A DNA stretch of 64,000 bases from a virus. Numbering within the stretch: position 1 is the first letter of the stretch; each line of letters starts with the position of its first letter. The notes beneath the pieces are model-generated. The model ran no database searches. It saw only the letters and a program-made list of their open reading frames with translations, and was not told the DNA's origin. Of this stretch, positions 29,250 to 37,789 are shown one piece after another. A program made the translations under genes and the position numbers. Location of the stretch: IMG/VR virus record IMGVR_UViG_3300048914_000231, positions 1-64,000 of that record. The stretch is one strand, 5' to 3'.

Positions 29250-29945
29250 TCATTGTTTGGCTTTACGAAGTTCCGCCATGCGGCGGGCGAATTGCAGCGG
29301 GGTTTCACCCGGCTGGATTTTTGGCGCGGTCGACCCGGTGCCAGGCGGCAAGGTGGGTGGCAGCTCCACCCTGACCGGATTCCTGATCAGTTCCTGGCGC
29401 AGCTGCTCCATCGACAGCGGCGCCGGTTGTGGTGCCGGCATGGCCTTGATGGCCCGGTCTTCCGGGTAGTCGCCCTGCGACGGGCCGGCGCTGGCCTGAT
29501 TGGTGATCGCGATCGCCAGCGCGTCGACTTTCAGTTCGTCGTTCATGGTCTTCTTCGGCGGCGCCTTCCCGCCAAACGGTCTGGCCGGCTTCGGGATCAG
29601 GGCCGGGTCGGTCAGGTTGGTGATCAGGACGCCGAACTGGCCAGCGGTGGCGACCGGCAGGAACGGCTTGCTCTTGCGCGGGAAGTAGAACAGCGCGGTG
29701 CCGGCCAGCTGCTCCTGCTCGCGCATGCCGGCGGCGATACAGCGGCCCTCGCGCGCGGCCCTGACGCATTCGGCGGTGCGCTCGTTGTTTATGCCCATGT
29801 CAATGTCATGCAGACGTGACAGGCAGGCCGTGTACGCCGGCCCGCGCTCGATTGCCGGGCAGTGTTTCAGGTAGTAGGCGTTGTCAGGGCCGGCGCTGGC
29901 CGTGATCGGGTATTTGGTATCGTGTTCGATGGGTTGATTTTGCAT
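29250..29945 (-). CDS. Hypothetical protein, Cys-containing N-terminus and Pro-rich C-terminus
   Basis: GGAG SD before ATG at 29945. Confidence 0.7.
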   Translation of the reverse strand: MQNQPIEHDTKYPITASAGPDNAYYLKHCPAIERGPAYTACLSRLHDIDMGINNERTAECVRAAREGRCIAAGMREQEQLAGTALFYFPRKSKPFLPVATAGQFGVLITNLTDPALIPKPARPFGGKAPPKKTMNDELKVDALAIAITNQASAGPSQGDYPEDRAIKAMPAPQPAPLSMEQLRQELIRNPVRVELPPTLPPGTGSTAPKIQPGETPLQFARRMAELRKAKQ

Positions 29946-29962
29946 TTTTGCTCTCCGTGTTT

Positions 29963-30157
29963 TTACCAACTGGCCCACGAATCGTTCGTGCGCTCGGTCG
30001 TGCCTTCTTTCTCTTTTTCGATGCTCTGGTAATTGATGAAGCAGCGAATCTTCCAGATCATGTCCTTGCGAATCGCCTCCTGAACATGGGGCGACAGACG
30101 GTTGAGAAAATCGGACACCGCCTGTTTCTGTACAAATTTCAATGCCTCGTTCGCCAT
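29963..30157 (-). CDS. Small hypothetical protein, ends WASW
   Basis: TGATG coupling with upstream gene. Confidence 0.6.
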   Translation of the reverse strand: MANEALKFVQKQAVSDFLNRLSPHVQEAIRKDMIWKIRCFINYQSIEKEKEGTTERTNDSWASW

Positions 30158-30654
30158 CACCAACTCGCCCAGCCGGCGCCGCGGTCTATATCGTCAAAGC
30201 CATCTTCGACGATGACGTCGTTTTCGTCCGCATCGCCCAACCCCAGACCGAAGTAGCCGATGGTCGCCTGGCGCTCGGCCGTGCCGTAGTGCTCGTTGAT
30301 GGCAGTAGCAAGCTCGGCCTCGTGCAGCGACCGCACATGCCCGGAAATGACCTTCCTGCCCAGGCCAAATGTCGGGGCCGACGCCTTCTTGTACACGCCC
30401 TTGCCGGCGCGCGGCGTCGTTTTTTCCTTCAGAATCTTGCTGCACTCGCCCTGCACCTTGCCGTCCGAACCCCTGATGATCTTGACCTGGCCGCCGCCGG
30501 TATTGGCTTCAATCTTGCCCCAGCGCTGCAGCAGGATTGCGGCGCCGGCAACCCCTTCTGCAGTCTGCTCGGTAATCGTTACCGTTTCATAGAACTTGGT
30601 GCCGCCATCGTGCTCCAGATAGTTCAATGCAACCTGATATGTCCTGTTTCCCAT
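30157..30654 (-). CDS. WGR-domain-like protein, ends WASW
   Basis: YLEH..GTKFYE..QRWGKI..GQVK..EK..KGVY. Confidence 0.65.
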   Translation of the reverse strand: MGNRTYQVALNYLEHDGGTKFYETVTITEQTAEGVAGAAILLQRWGKIEANTGGGQVKIIRGSDGKVQGECSKILKEKTTPRAGKGVYKKASAPTFGLGRKVISGHVRSLHEAELATAINEHYGTAERQATIGYFGLGLGDADENDVIVEDGFDDIDRGAGWASW

Positions 30655-30722
30655 TTCTGAATTCCCTTCGCGCACATCGCGCAGTCACATTGTCATGGTA
30701 GCGCGCCCGGTCAGGAGCGACA

Positions 30723-30736
30723 AGTCAGTTCTGACT
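30723..30736. promoter_or_regulatory. AGTCA-N4-TGACT palindrome overlapping -35
   Basis: AGTCAGTTCTGACT; TTGTCG-17-TACCAT at 30695-30723. Confidence 0.88.
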
Positions 30737-30743
30737 GAATTTC

Positions 30744-31829
30744 TCAGGCGCGACCGTACATCAGTTTGAGCTTCGTGGCGCTGCCGGGCGTAAGCGGCGT
30801 GGCGTGATAGAACGCGCGGCGCACAACGTCGGGTGGCACTTCGTTTGGATCCTTGTCTTTCGGCAGAATCGCAATGCGCACCATGAAGCCGGCGCCGCGC
30901 AGCATCAGGCCGGCGTCGACCGCGTCGACGATCGCCTTCGCCTCGCCGTCCCACATGATCGTGATCATGCCCAGCCCTTCCTCCTTCAGCTGCAGCAGAC
31001 GTGCCAGCTGGCTGTCGGCAGTGCCATACGACAGGTGCTTGCCAAAGGTGCCGACCGGGACCACGTCACGCAGCGCCATGTCGCCATCGAGCGCGATCTT
31101 GATGGCGGCCACATCGAACACGCCTTCGCCGATCACAACCTGCTCGGCACCATGTGCATTATGGCCGTTGTACAGGACAGAGCCGGTGGAGGCAAATCCG
31201 GGCGGGAACAGATACTTTCGATCTGCCGTGCCAGTAATGTCGCGCCCCTGGAACGACACCAGCTGGCCTTCCAGATCAAATATAGGGACGATGACCCGGT
31301 TGGTGTAATCCTGCTCCATGGGCTCGCCGGCGGTGTCGAGATACGGGAATTTTCCATTGTGTGAAAACCTCAGTTCGAAATAGGCCGCCACGTCACCGGT
31401 GATGCCGCGGTTGTCCAGGTATTTCAGATTGCGCCCGTTGTGCGGCAGGGCGATCGACGCCGGCAGCGTCAGGGTGCCTTCGCTAGTGGCCGCGGACTTG
31501 ACCCGCTTCGGGCGCCAGCCCTGTGTGCGCGCGAAATGCTTGATGTGCTCGATCGTGGCGCGCGCGGTGCCACCCAGCGTGGCATGAATGAACTTCCATT
31601 TGTTGAATTTCGTTTCACAGTCGCCATGAAAGCAGTTACCGAGTCCGTTTTCCTGATTCAGGAACACCTTGTACTTGGAATTGCCACAGACCGGGCACTC
31701 CTTGACGTTGAACTGCGCGCCACTCTTGCCGCGCGTGGAGCGGTATCGAACACCCTCGGCGTCCAGCCAGGCCTCCATGTCAATGGTATCGAGCGCCTCT
31801 TGTAATTCCGTGTTATCGATCTTGCTCAT
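30744..31829 (-). CDS. DNA primase (Zn finger + Toprim)
   Basis: CPVC..CFHGDC; YLDNRGI; FQGR; EGVFD; WDGE; KDPNE. Confidence 0.9.
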   Translation of the reverse strand: MSKIDNTELQEALDTIDMEAWLDAEGVRYRSTRGKSGAQFNVKECPVCGNSKYKVFLNQENGLGNCFHGDCETKFNKWKFIHATLGGTARATIEHIKHFARTQGWRPKRVKSAATSEGTLTLPASIALPHNGRNLKYLDNRGITGDVAAYFELRFSHNGKFPYLDTAGEPMEQDYTNRVIVPIFDLEGQLVSFQGRDITGTADRKYLFPPGFASTGSVLYNGHNAHGAEQVVIGEGVFDVAAIKIALDGDMALRDVVPVGTFGKHLSYGTADSQLARLLQLKEEGLGMITIMWDGEAKAIVDAVDAGLMLRGAGFMVRIAILPKDKDPNEVPPDVVRRAFYHATPLTPGSATKLKLMYGRA

Positions 31830-32161
31830 CCCAATCCCCTGACCGGCCAGTAGAATAGATTGTCCAGGCGGTTGTTGTCGATGTTGTCGGTACGGTGGGT
31901 TGCCACCATGCCGGCTGGCGGCGCACCCCTGAACGCCAGCATGACGAGGTCGGCAACCCGGGCGGAAACCGCTTCGCCGTCGCGCATCAGGTCGACATAC
32001 AGGTGCCGGCCGAAGCCGACCCTCTGGCTGATGATCTTTTCCCACAGGTGACGTCTGGCACCGCGTTCGCCCGCCCGACGCTCGACCCGGCGCACCCGCC
32101 CGAACGAAGAGGCTTCGTAAAGCCCTTCAAGGCCCGGTACGGCGCGCCATTGCTCCCACAC
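31826..32161 (-). CDS. Truncated/degenerate NUMOD4-HNH protein
   Basis: WRAVPGLEGLYEASSFGRVR; VADLV..F..ATH..NNRLDNL, then stops early. Confidence 0.7.
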   Translation of the reverse strand: MWEQWRAVPGLEGLYEASSFGRVRRVERRAGERGARRHLWEKIISQRVGFGRHLYVDLMRDGEAVSARVADLVMLAFRGAPPAGMVATHRTDNIDNNRLDNLFYWPVRGLG

Positions 32162-32162
32162 C

Positions 32163-32588
32163 TCAGTATCCCCGCACCAGCATGCGCAGCGCGCGCAGAA
32201 CGCGGTTACGCGGCTTGTAGGCGGCAACGACAATGTCGCGCGCCTCTTCGGCGGACGGGAACCCGAAGCCCGGACGCGCACGCTGCAGCGCCATCATGAT
32301 GTCGAGCATGCGGTTGTCCTGCTGGTGCCGGGCGTCCAGCTCCCGTGCGTGCATCTTGCGTTCGAATTGCAGATCATCCAGCAGCTCCGTCTTCTCGCGC
32401 GCCAGCGTCTCGGCCTGTCTCAGTGCGCCGGCCAGCTGTTCTTCCAGACGGCGAATGTAGACTTCGACGTCCTGACGCAACACCAGTTCCTTGTGCTGCA
32501 GCGCCGGAATCGGCTCCTTGAAAATCGGCCCGATTTCTTCGCCGCTGCTGGAATGGACCGGGATATATGCACGCGTTTGCAGTTCCAT
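32163..32588 (-). CDS. Hypothetical coiled-coil protein
   Basis: 141 aa, directly after helicase stop. Confidence 0.65.
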   Translation of the reverse strand: MELQTRAYIPVHSSSGEEIGPIFKEPIPALQHKELVLRQDVEVYIRRLEEQLAGALRQAETLAREKTELLDDLQFERKMHARELDARHQQDNRMLDIMMALQRARPGFGFPSAEEARDIVVAAYKPRNRVLRALRMLVRGY

Positions 32589-34070
32589 TTATTCAATCCT
32601 TACAATGCTGGCGATGAACTTCATCTTGGCCAGTTCCTGTTTGATGAAGATGGTAAAACCACCCTCCTGATTTCGGGACGCCGCGAAGTACAGCCGCGCC
32701 TCGCCGTTTGCCCGTTCTTCGTCGGTAACGTTGATTGAAATCATAATGTCAACCGTGCGGACCTTGTTGTAATCGTCCGCGACGTGCTCGCCCTTGAGCA
32801 CAACCGCCTTGCTGCCTTCCCGGTTGCCCTGCGTCGCGGTGAGCATTGCCACATTCTCTTCGGCCGCCAGCGCGCGCAGCGCCAGGTAGATGCTCTTGCT
32901 GTTCTCGATCGTGTCCTGGGTACGAAAGTCCGGCGCCATGATGTCGGCGTAGTCGACGACGATCAGGTCGAACTGGATCGGCGGCGCTACCGTGCCGTCA
33001 GGCATCATGCGCGGGCTCTTGTAACGCTCGATGCGCGCCTTCAGCTGGGATGGCGTCAGGGTGCCGGACGGGTACTCGTGAATCTTGATCACGCCCGCGC
33101 GCGGCATGGTCGCCTTGATCTTGCCGGCGACGTCGTGCATGCGGTCCACCAGAAGCTTGACCTCGGTGTCCGACATGGTCGCGTCCATACGTTCGGCGAT
33201 GATGCGGCTGGAGACCTCGCAGGTGGCGTACAGAACGTTGTAGCCGGCCAGACTGGCCGCTTTGGCAAAGTTGATCAGCGCCGTCGTCTTGCCCGATTTC
33301 GGCCCACCCAGCAGCACGGCCAGTTCCTTGCGGCCCCAGCCCATGTGGTAGAGCAGCGCGTCAATGTCCTTGAACCCGGTCGTGATGCCGGTTGGCGGCA
33401 GCTTGCCGGCCTTCTTGTCCGCACGTTCGGCGGTACGGCTTTCGATCTCGGTAAAGTAATCGTATTCGTCGCCGTCGTTGTTCAGGCCAACCTCGCATGC
33501 CGCCCTGACGCGTTTTTCGATCTTGTCAAAGTCACGCTTCTCCAGCAGTTCGACCGCTTCGAGAATCGTGGCCTGCATGGCCTGGTGACGTACGAATTCG
33601 GCCACGCGCTCGGCGATCGGGTCGCCGTCGGACAGGTCCGCGCCGGGGTTGAAGCATGCCCTGAAGGCGTCGACCGCGACCGGCTTGATGTCCGAACGGA
33701 TCACCTTGTCGCGAATGTCGTCCGCGAACATGGTCTTGGCCAGTACCATCGTCGGCACCGTACCGTAGCGCTCGTAATAGCGCAGGGCGATGTTGACCAT
33801 GGCGGCTTCGCCCGCGTTCTCGAAATAGTCCGGTCTGAGCAGGTGCGCCGCCTTGCGCATGAAGGCCAGGTTGCGCATCGCGTGGATCGCAATCTTGGTC
33901 TGAAATTCCTCGTCGAATTCGAACTTGGAGGTGGATATCGCGGCCGGGCCCGCTGCCGCAATCGCCGCCGGCGACGAGGCCGCGCTGTGGGTCGGGTCGT
34001 AGCGTTCGGCGATCATGCCGACGACGGCCCGCTGCGCCGCTTCAATGTCGGTGATTGCCGCTTCGCTCAT
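32589..34070 (-). CDS. dnaB: Replicative SF4 helicase (DnaB / T4 gp41-like)
   Basis: ITTGF..D, GGPKSGKT, VVDYAD, TATQGNR, SRN. Confidence 0.92.
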   Translation of the reverse strand: MSEAAITDIEAAQRAVVGMIAERYDPTHSAASSPAAIAAAGPAAISTSKFEFDEEFQTKIAIHAMRNLAFMRKAAHLLRPDYFENAGEAAMVNIALRYYERYGTVPTMVLAKTMFADDIRDKVIRSDIKPVAVDAFRACFNPGADLSDGDPIAERVAEFVRHQAMQATILEAVELLEKRDFDKIEKRVRAACEVGLNNDGDEYDYFTEIESRTAERADKKAGKLPPTGITTGFKDIDALLYHMGWGRKELAVLLGGPKSGKTTALINFAKAASLAGYNVLYATCEVSSRIIAERMDATMSDTEVKLLVDRMHDVAGKIKATMPRAGVIKIHEYPSGTLTPSQLKARIERYKSPRMMPDGTVAPPIQFDLIVVDYADIMAPDFRTQDTIENSKSIYLALRALAAEENVAMLTATQGNREGSKAVVLKGEHVADDYNKVRTVDIMISINVTDEERANGEARLYFAASRNQEGGFTIFIKQELAKMKFIASIVRIE

Positions 34071-34531
34071 ACGCGGGTTCCTGCTGCCGCGCGCGAACTG
34101 GCCGGCGCCGCGGTTGTCGTATAGAATTCGCTGATGTCATGCTTGAACAGCACGCGGTCATAGGGTTCCCTGATCGTATCGACAGCATCGCTGCCGGCAC
34201 GCTGGATACAGGCCACGTTCACGGTCAGGGTGTATTTGTCGCTGTGCTTGAGCTTGCCCATGTAAATGTCGCCCGACATTTTCTCGATCACGATGTCGGC
34301 GCCGGACAGCTGCAATGCCTTCAGAAAGGCTTCGTGACCCTTGGTCTTGGATACGGGCGCCGCGCCCGTGCCGCGGTTGACCGGTGCCGGCGTACGCACC
34401 GTGGTCTTGGTACTGCCTGGCAGCGAAATGACCCGGCGCTCTCCCTCTGCCAGGCGACGGCCTTCTTCGATCTGTTGACGACGCAATTCGGCAGCGTCCA
34501 GTTCACGCTGCATATCGGTGGGGTGATTCAT
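34067..34531 (-). CDS. Hfq/Sm-like RNA chaperone
   Basis: HEAFLKAL..IVIEKMSGDIYMGKLKHSDKYTL (Sm1) and VLFKHDISEF (Sm2, cf. Hfq MVYKHAIST). Confidence 0.75.
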   Translation of the reverse strand: MNHPTDMQRELDAAELRRQQIEEGRRLAEGERRVISLPGSTKTTVRTPAPVNRGTGAAPVSKTKGHEAFLKALQLSGADIVIEKMSGDIYMGKLKHSDKYTLTVNVACIQRAGSDAVDTIREPYDRVLFKHDISEFYTTTAAPASSRAAAGTRV

Positions 34532-34588
34532 TTGAAAACTCTCCGTGTTGGGTGGGGTGCGAACTTCTCGCTTGACCCGTTCATTATA

Positions 34589-34602
34589 GTTCAGTGCTGA
34601 CT
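34589..34602. promoter_or_regulatory. Palindrome variant inside a TTGACA-19-TATAAT promoter
   Basis: GTTCAGTGCTGACT; -10 at 34583-34588, -35 at 34608-34613. Confidence 0.8.
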
Positions 34603-35324
34603 TATCCTGTCAAGGACATGTCGATCGCCTCTTTAACCGCCGCCCCAGGCAGCAGGGCCAGGGCGGCCTCGATGCGCATGGCGTCGTACTGGTACAACGC
34701 TGTTCGAATTGCAAATTTCGGATGCGCGCGCTGCATGATGCGCTCGGCCAGGTGGCGCTCGTAGGCGATCTGGTCGTCGGCGCCGACAAACTGCGCAACC
34801 GTGTAACGCGGCAGCTTGGCCCACTGAATCCTGCCGCGCTGTTCCATTTCCCACAGGTTGGCCACCTGGATGATCAGGTCCGGGTTGTTCAGCACGTGTG
34901 ACGGGCGCGGCGGCTGGCGCCAGCCATTTTCGGCGCACCAGGCCATCGCGTGCCGGCAAAAGAAATCGTAGCGCATGCCAAGTTCGTCGACTTTCTGACG
35001 CAGCCGCCAGAACGACTTGACTTCCCGGCAATTCATCACGTCCTTGCCCTTGAATGCCACCATGAAACGCTTCTTGCGGTCGAAACATTCACCCATGTGG
35101 TCGCCATAGGCGCGGTTGTAGCAGTGCGCCAGCAGGTAGGTTGCCACCGTGGGGTGCAGGGGCCGGTAGTCGAACCATTTGCTTTTATATAATGCGGGCT
35201 CGTGCGCGAGAATCTTGCGGTCGATCCGGGCGATGGCCAGCGCGTCCCGCGTGCGCTCATCGATCTTCATGCCGAAAAAAGGACCATGCAGGGTTTCCAT
35301 TTCCGCATCGCTTGGGTGTTGCAT
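34602..35324 (-). CDS. Hypothetical protein upstream of the helicase operon
   Basis: 240 aa, GGAGG SD. Confidence 0.75.
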   Translation of the reverse strand: MQHPSDAEMETLHGPFFGMKIDERTRDALAIARIDRKILAHEPALYKSKWFDYRPLHPTVATYLLAHCYNRAYGDHMGECFDRKKRFMVAFKGKDVMNCREVKSFWRLRQKVDELGMRYDFFCRHAMAWCAENGWRQPPRPSHVLNNPDLIIQVANLWEMEQRGRIQWAKLPRYTVAQFVGADDQIAYERHLAERIMQRAHPKFAIRTALYQYDAMRIEAALALLPGAAVKEAIDMSLTG

Positions 35325-35456
35325 GGGGCTTGCCTCCGTTTTCGAAAATACTTTAATATTTCATTACTTACATATTGAATATAGAAAGAACTTATCGAAA
35401 AAGGGTGGAGACCCCAAGCTCCACCCCAAGCTCTTTCGAACAGATTGTCGCGGCGT

Positions 35457-36218
35457 TCAGTACGTTGCGATAGAGGGAGAGAACTCGCGGGCCTCGAATG
35501 CCTCGATCACTTCCTGGACGAACCCGGAGCGTACGATGTCCTGCTTGCGGAAAGCAACCACTTTCACGACCGGAATGTGCTGCAGCCGGGCCGCTGTTTC
35601 CATCAGGCCTGACTTCTTGATATCGGCCTGGGTCTCGTCGCCGTTGATGACGACGGTGGCGCCTTCGCCCATGCGGGTCAGGAACAGCTTGAACTGCTCC
35701 ACGGTCGCGTTCTGGGCCTCGTCCAGGATCACGAATGCGTTTCTGAAGGTCTTGCCGCGCATGTAGGCGAACGGTTCGCACTTGATGCGGCCATCCTTGA
35801 TCAGGTATTCGACGAACGAGCGGCCGAGGCGCTCCTCCAGCACGTCGCGGAACGGATCGAAATAGGGGTCGAACTTCTGTTCCTTTTCGCCAGGCAGAAA
35901 GCCCAGATTCTCGCCGCCGGCTTCGACCGCCGGGCGCGTCAGGATGATCTTCTCGACCCGATTGTCCAGCAGGGCTTCGGCCGCCAGGCAGCCCGCGACA
36001 TAGGTCTTGCCGGTGCCGGCCGGGCCGAGGCCAAACACCACACTGCCGGCGCGGCGCATGGACGACGCGTACACGCGCTGGTGTTCGGTCTTCGGTTCGA
36101 AAGGCTGTGCCCTGGGACGCGCCGGTGGCGGCAGTGAGCCCGCCATTTGCTGCTCCGGGAGCATTCCCGCATGTTTGGCTGCACGGCGGGATTTGTCGTT
36201 GGATTGCTTGTTGCGCAT
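35457..36218 (-). CDS. phoH: PhoH-family ATPase
   Basis: GPAGTGKT, LTRP, LGFLPG, YMRGKTF, ILDEAQN, LTRMGE, GD..Q. Confidence 0.95.
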   Translation of the reverse strand: MRNKQSNDKSRRAAKHAGMLPEQQMAGSLPPPARPRAQPFEPKTEHQRVYASSMRRAGSVVFGLGPAGTGKTYVAGCLAAEALLDNRVEKIILTRPAVEAGGENLGFLPGEKEQKFDPYFDPFRDVLEERLGRSFVEYLIKDGRIKCEPFAYMRGKTFRNAFVILDEAQNATVEQFKLFLTRMGEGATVVINGDETQADIKKSGLMETAARLQHIPVVKVVAFRKQDIVRSGFVQEVIEAFEAREFSPSIATY

Positions 36219-36255
36219 GAGGCATTCCTGGTCGGTGATCGGAGCCCCAACTATA

Positions 36256-36269
36256 ACTCAGCGATGACT
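36256..36269. promoter_or_regulatory. Palindrome variant abutting TATAGT (phoH promoter)
   Basis: ACTCAGCGATGACT; -10 at 36250-36255. Confidence 0.75.
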
Positions 36270-36280
36270 GATCGAACAGT

Positions 36281-36310
36281 AAGAAAAAGCCGCTCATGGC
36301 GGCTTTCTTT
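36281..36310 (-). terminator. Terminator after the lysis cassette
   Basis: AAAGCCGC/GCGGCTTT stem with flanking A/T tracts. Confidence 0.7.
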
Positions 36311-36656
36311 ATCTGGCTTGCTGTTTCAACCAGTCATTTACGGCGTCGACCAGCTCGTCATGCCGGCGCGCCAGTTCCCGGTACATTCTGGTGACGGTGA
36401 TGCTGTCGTCAGCCAGTTCCTTCAGGCCGATACTGCTCGGCGCACTGTCGGCGGCGGCCGGGTCAACCGGCAGGACCGGCAGCGGGCGGCTCCTGGTCAT
36501 CGCGGCCGCCGGCGGCACGAAGCTCGGCCCCGGTACGGGCGGCGTTGAGCAGCCGGACAGTGCCAGCATCAAGCACAGGATAATCCAGGTCGCGATGATC
36601 AGCCTGAACAGGGTTGGCGGCTTCGGCGCCGGGTCGCTGGTCGTTGACAGGGGCAT
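36309..36656 (-). CDS. o-spanin (Rz1-like lipoprotein)
   Basis: Hydrophobic signal, LSGC lipobox, Pro-rich; overlaps the i-spanin. Confidence 0.8.
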   Translation of the reverse strand: MPLSTTSDPAPKPPTLFRLIIATWIILCLMLALSGCSTPPVPGPSFVPPAAAMTRSRPLPVLPVDPAAADSAPSSIGLKELADDSITVTRMYRELARRHDELVDAVNDWLKQQAR

Positions 36657-36924
36657 GGTGATTCTCCTTGTAGGTGGGCTTGTTCAGGCGTGTGCTGACC
36701 TGCGCGCGTATGTCTTCGATGCGCGCGCCATCCGCACGTACGTCGCTGTCGACCTTCTCGCTTGTCTGGACCGCGTGTTCGATATTCAGGCTGGTCGCGT
36801 GCCTGTCGATCCGCAGCTGCATGACCTTCTTGTGCTCGTCGAAATAGCCGCGGTAGGCCCAGCCGGCGCCGAACACCGTCAGCACCAGCGCGAACCAGAT
36901 CAGGAGTCGCTCTGGCAGGCCCAT
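36463..36924 (-). CDS. i-spanin (Rz-like)
   Basis: N-terminal TM helix plus coiled coil, downstream of holin. Confidence 0.75.
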   Translation of the reverse strand: MGLPERLLIWFALVLTVFGAGWAYRGYFDEHKKVMQLRIDRHATSLNIEHAVQTSEKVDSDVRADGARIEDIRAQVSTRLNKPTYKENHHAPVNDQRPGAEAANPVQADHRDLDYPVLDAGTVRLLNAARTGAELRAAGGRDDQEPPAAGPAG

Positions 36925-37148
36925 TACTTCGCCTCCAGCGGGTGGCTGGTCACGAAGCGCAGCACGACGTTGGCGATCGTGATGGCCATCAGCGTGTTCT
37001 GGTAGTGGGTCGGGCCGAGCACCGGCTGCAGCTGCGGGATGAGTTGCAGAATCTGGTCCGAGTAGGCAAGGCCCAGGGCGGCGGCGGTGTTGAACCAGAC
37101 GGTCTTCGAACGCCAGATGTTCTTCAGCTTGTCGATGAATTTTTGCAT
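36924..37148 (-). CDS. Putative holin
   Basis: 74 aa, WRSKTVWFN, two hydrophobic segments, LRFVT. Confidence 0.7.
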   Translation of the reverse strand: MQKFIDKLKNIWRSKTVWFNTAAALGLAYSDQILQLIPQLQPVLGPTHYQNTLMAITIANVVLRFVTSHPLEAK

Positions 37149-37151
37149 GTG

Positions 37152-37787
37152 CTACTCCTTGATGATGGCCTGGATCGCACGCAGGCGCACCAGACGGTTG
37201 ATAAAGCCGATCGCGTCACCGTAGGCGGTGGTTTTCCTGCCGATGTTGACGATGTCGCACACGCCGTCGAAATCGTTGTGATCGGCGTAGTCGTTGCAGC
37301 CGCGGGTTTTCCAGAACCAGGCGGCCGACATCAGCGCACCTTCCGGCGAACGCAGCCAGGCGTACATGTCCTCGTCGCGCTTGCCGAAAAAGGCCGCGCA
37401 GGCGTGCTGGTTGGCCTTGAAGGTCAGCTGGATGGCGCCGGCGCCGCGGTAGCGCCATCCATCGCCCGATTTTTCATCGCCATTACCGCCGCGCAGGGCA
37501 TACACCCTGTTGGCGATTCTCTCGGGCTGGCGCGCGTACTGCGCCGCGGTGGCGGCGTCGAACCGTTTGGGCCAGGTGCGCATCAGGCCTTCGGCGCTGT
37601 AGTTGAGGTTTTCCTCCAGGTGGCGCAGATCGTCCGATTCATAGGCGACCGTGGCCATGAACATTGTCAGGCGGTTGCGCGTGGTGGCGCCGGCCAGGTT
37701 GATGGCCATGGGGAGGTAGGGGAGAAAATCTTGCGCGCGCGTGCCCAACATCGGCATGCACGCCTGCAGTTGGGCGAGCGTGAGCAT
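37152..37787 (-). CDS. Endolysin, GH19 chitinase/lysozyme family
   Basis: YES..LEENLNYS, ANRVY..GNG..GDGWRYRGAGAIQLT, SAAWFW. Confidence 0.9.
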   Translation of the reverse strand: MLTLAQLQACMPMLGTRAQDFLPYLPMAINLAGATTRNRLTMFMATVAYESDDLRHLEENLNYSAEGLMRTWPKRFDAATAAQYARQPERIANRVYALRGGNGDEKSGDGWRYRGAGAIQLTFKANQHACAAFFGKRDEDMYAWLRSPEGALMSAAWFWKTRGCNDYADHNDFDGVCDIVNIGRKTTAYGDAIGFINRLVRLRAIQAIIKE

Positions 37788-37789
37788 GA

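Noticed and set aside
11038-34070. Inteins or introns in RecA, DnaE, helicase or ligase
   Set aside because: Conserved motifs are contiguous and lengths are normal.
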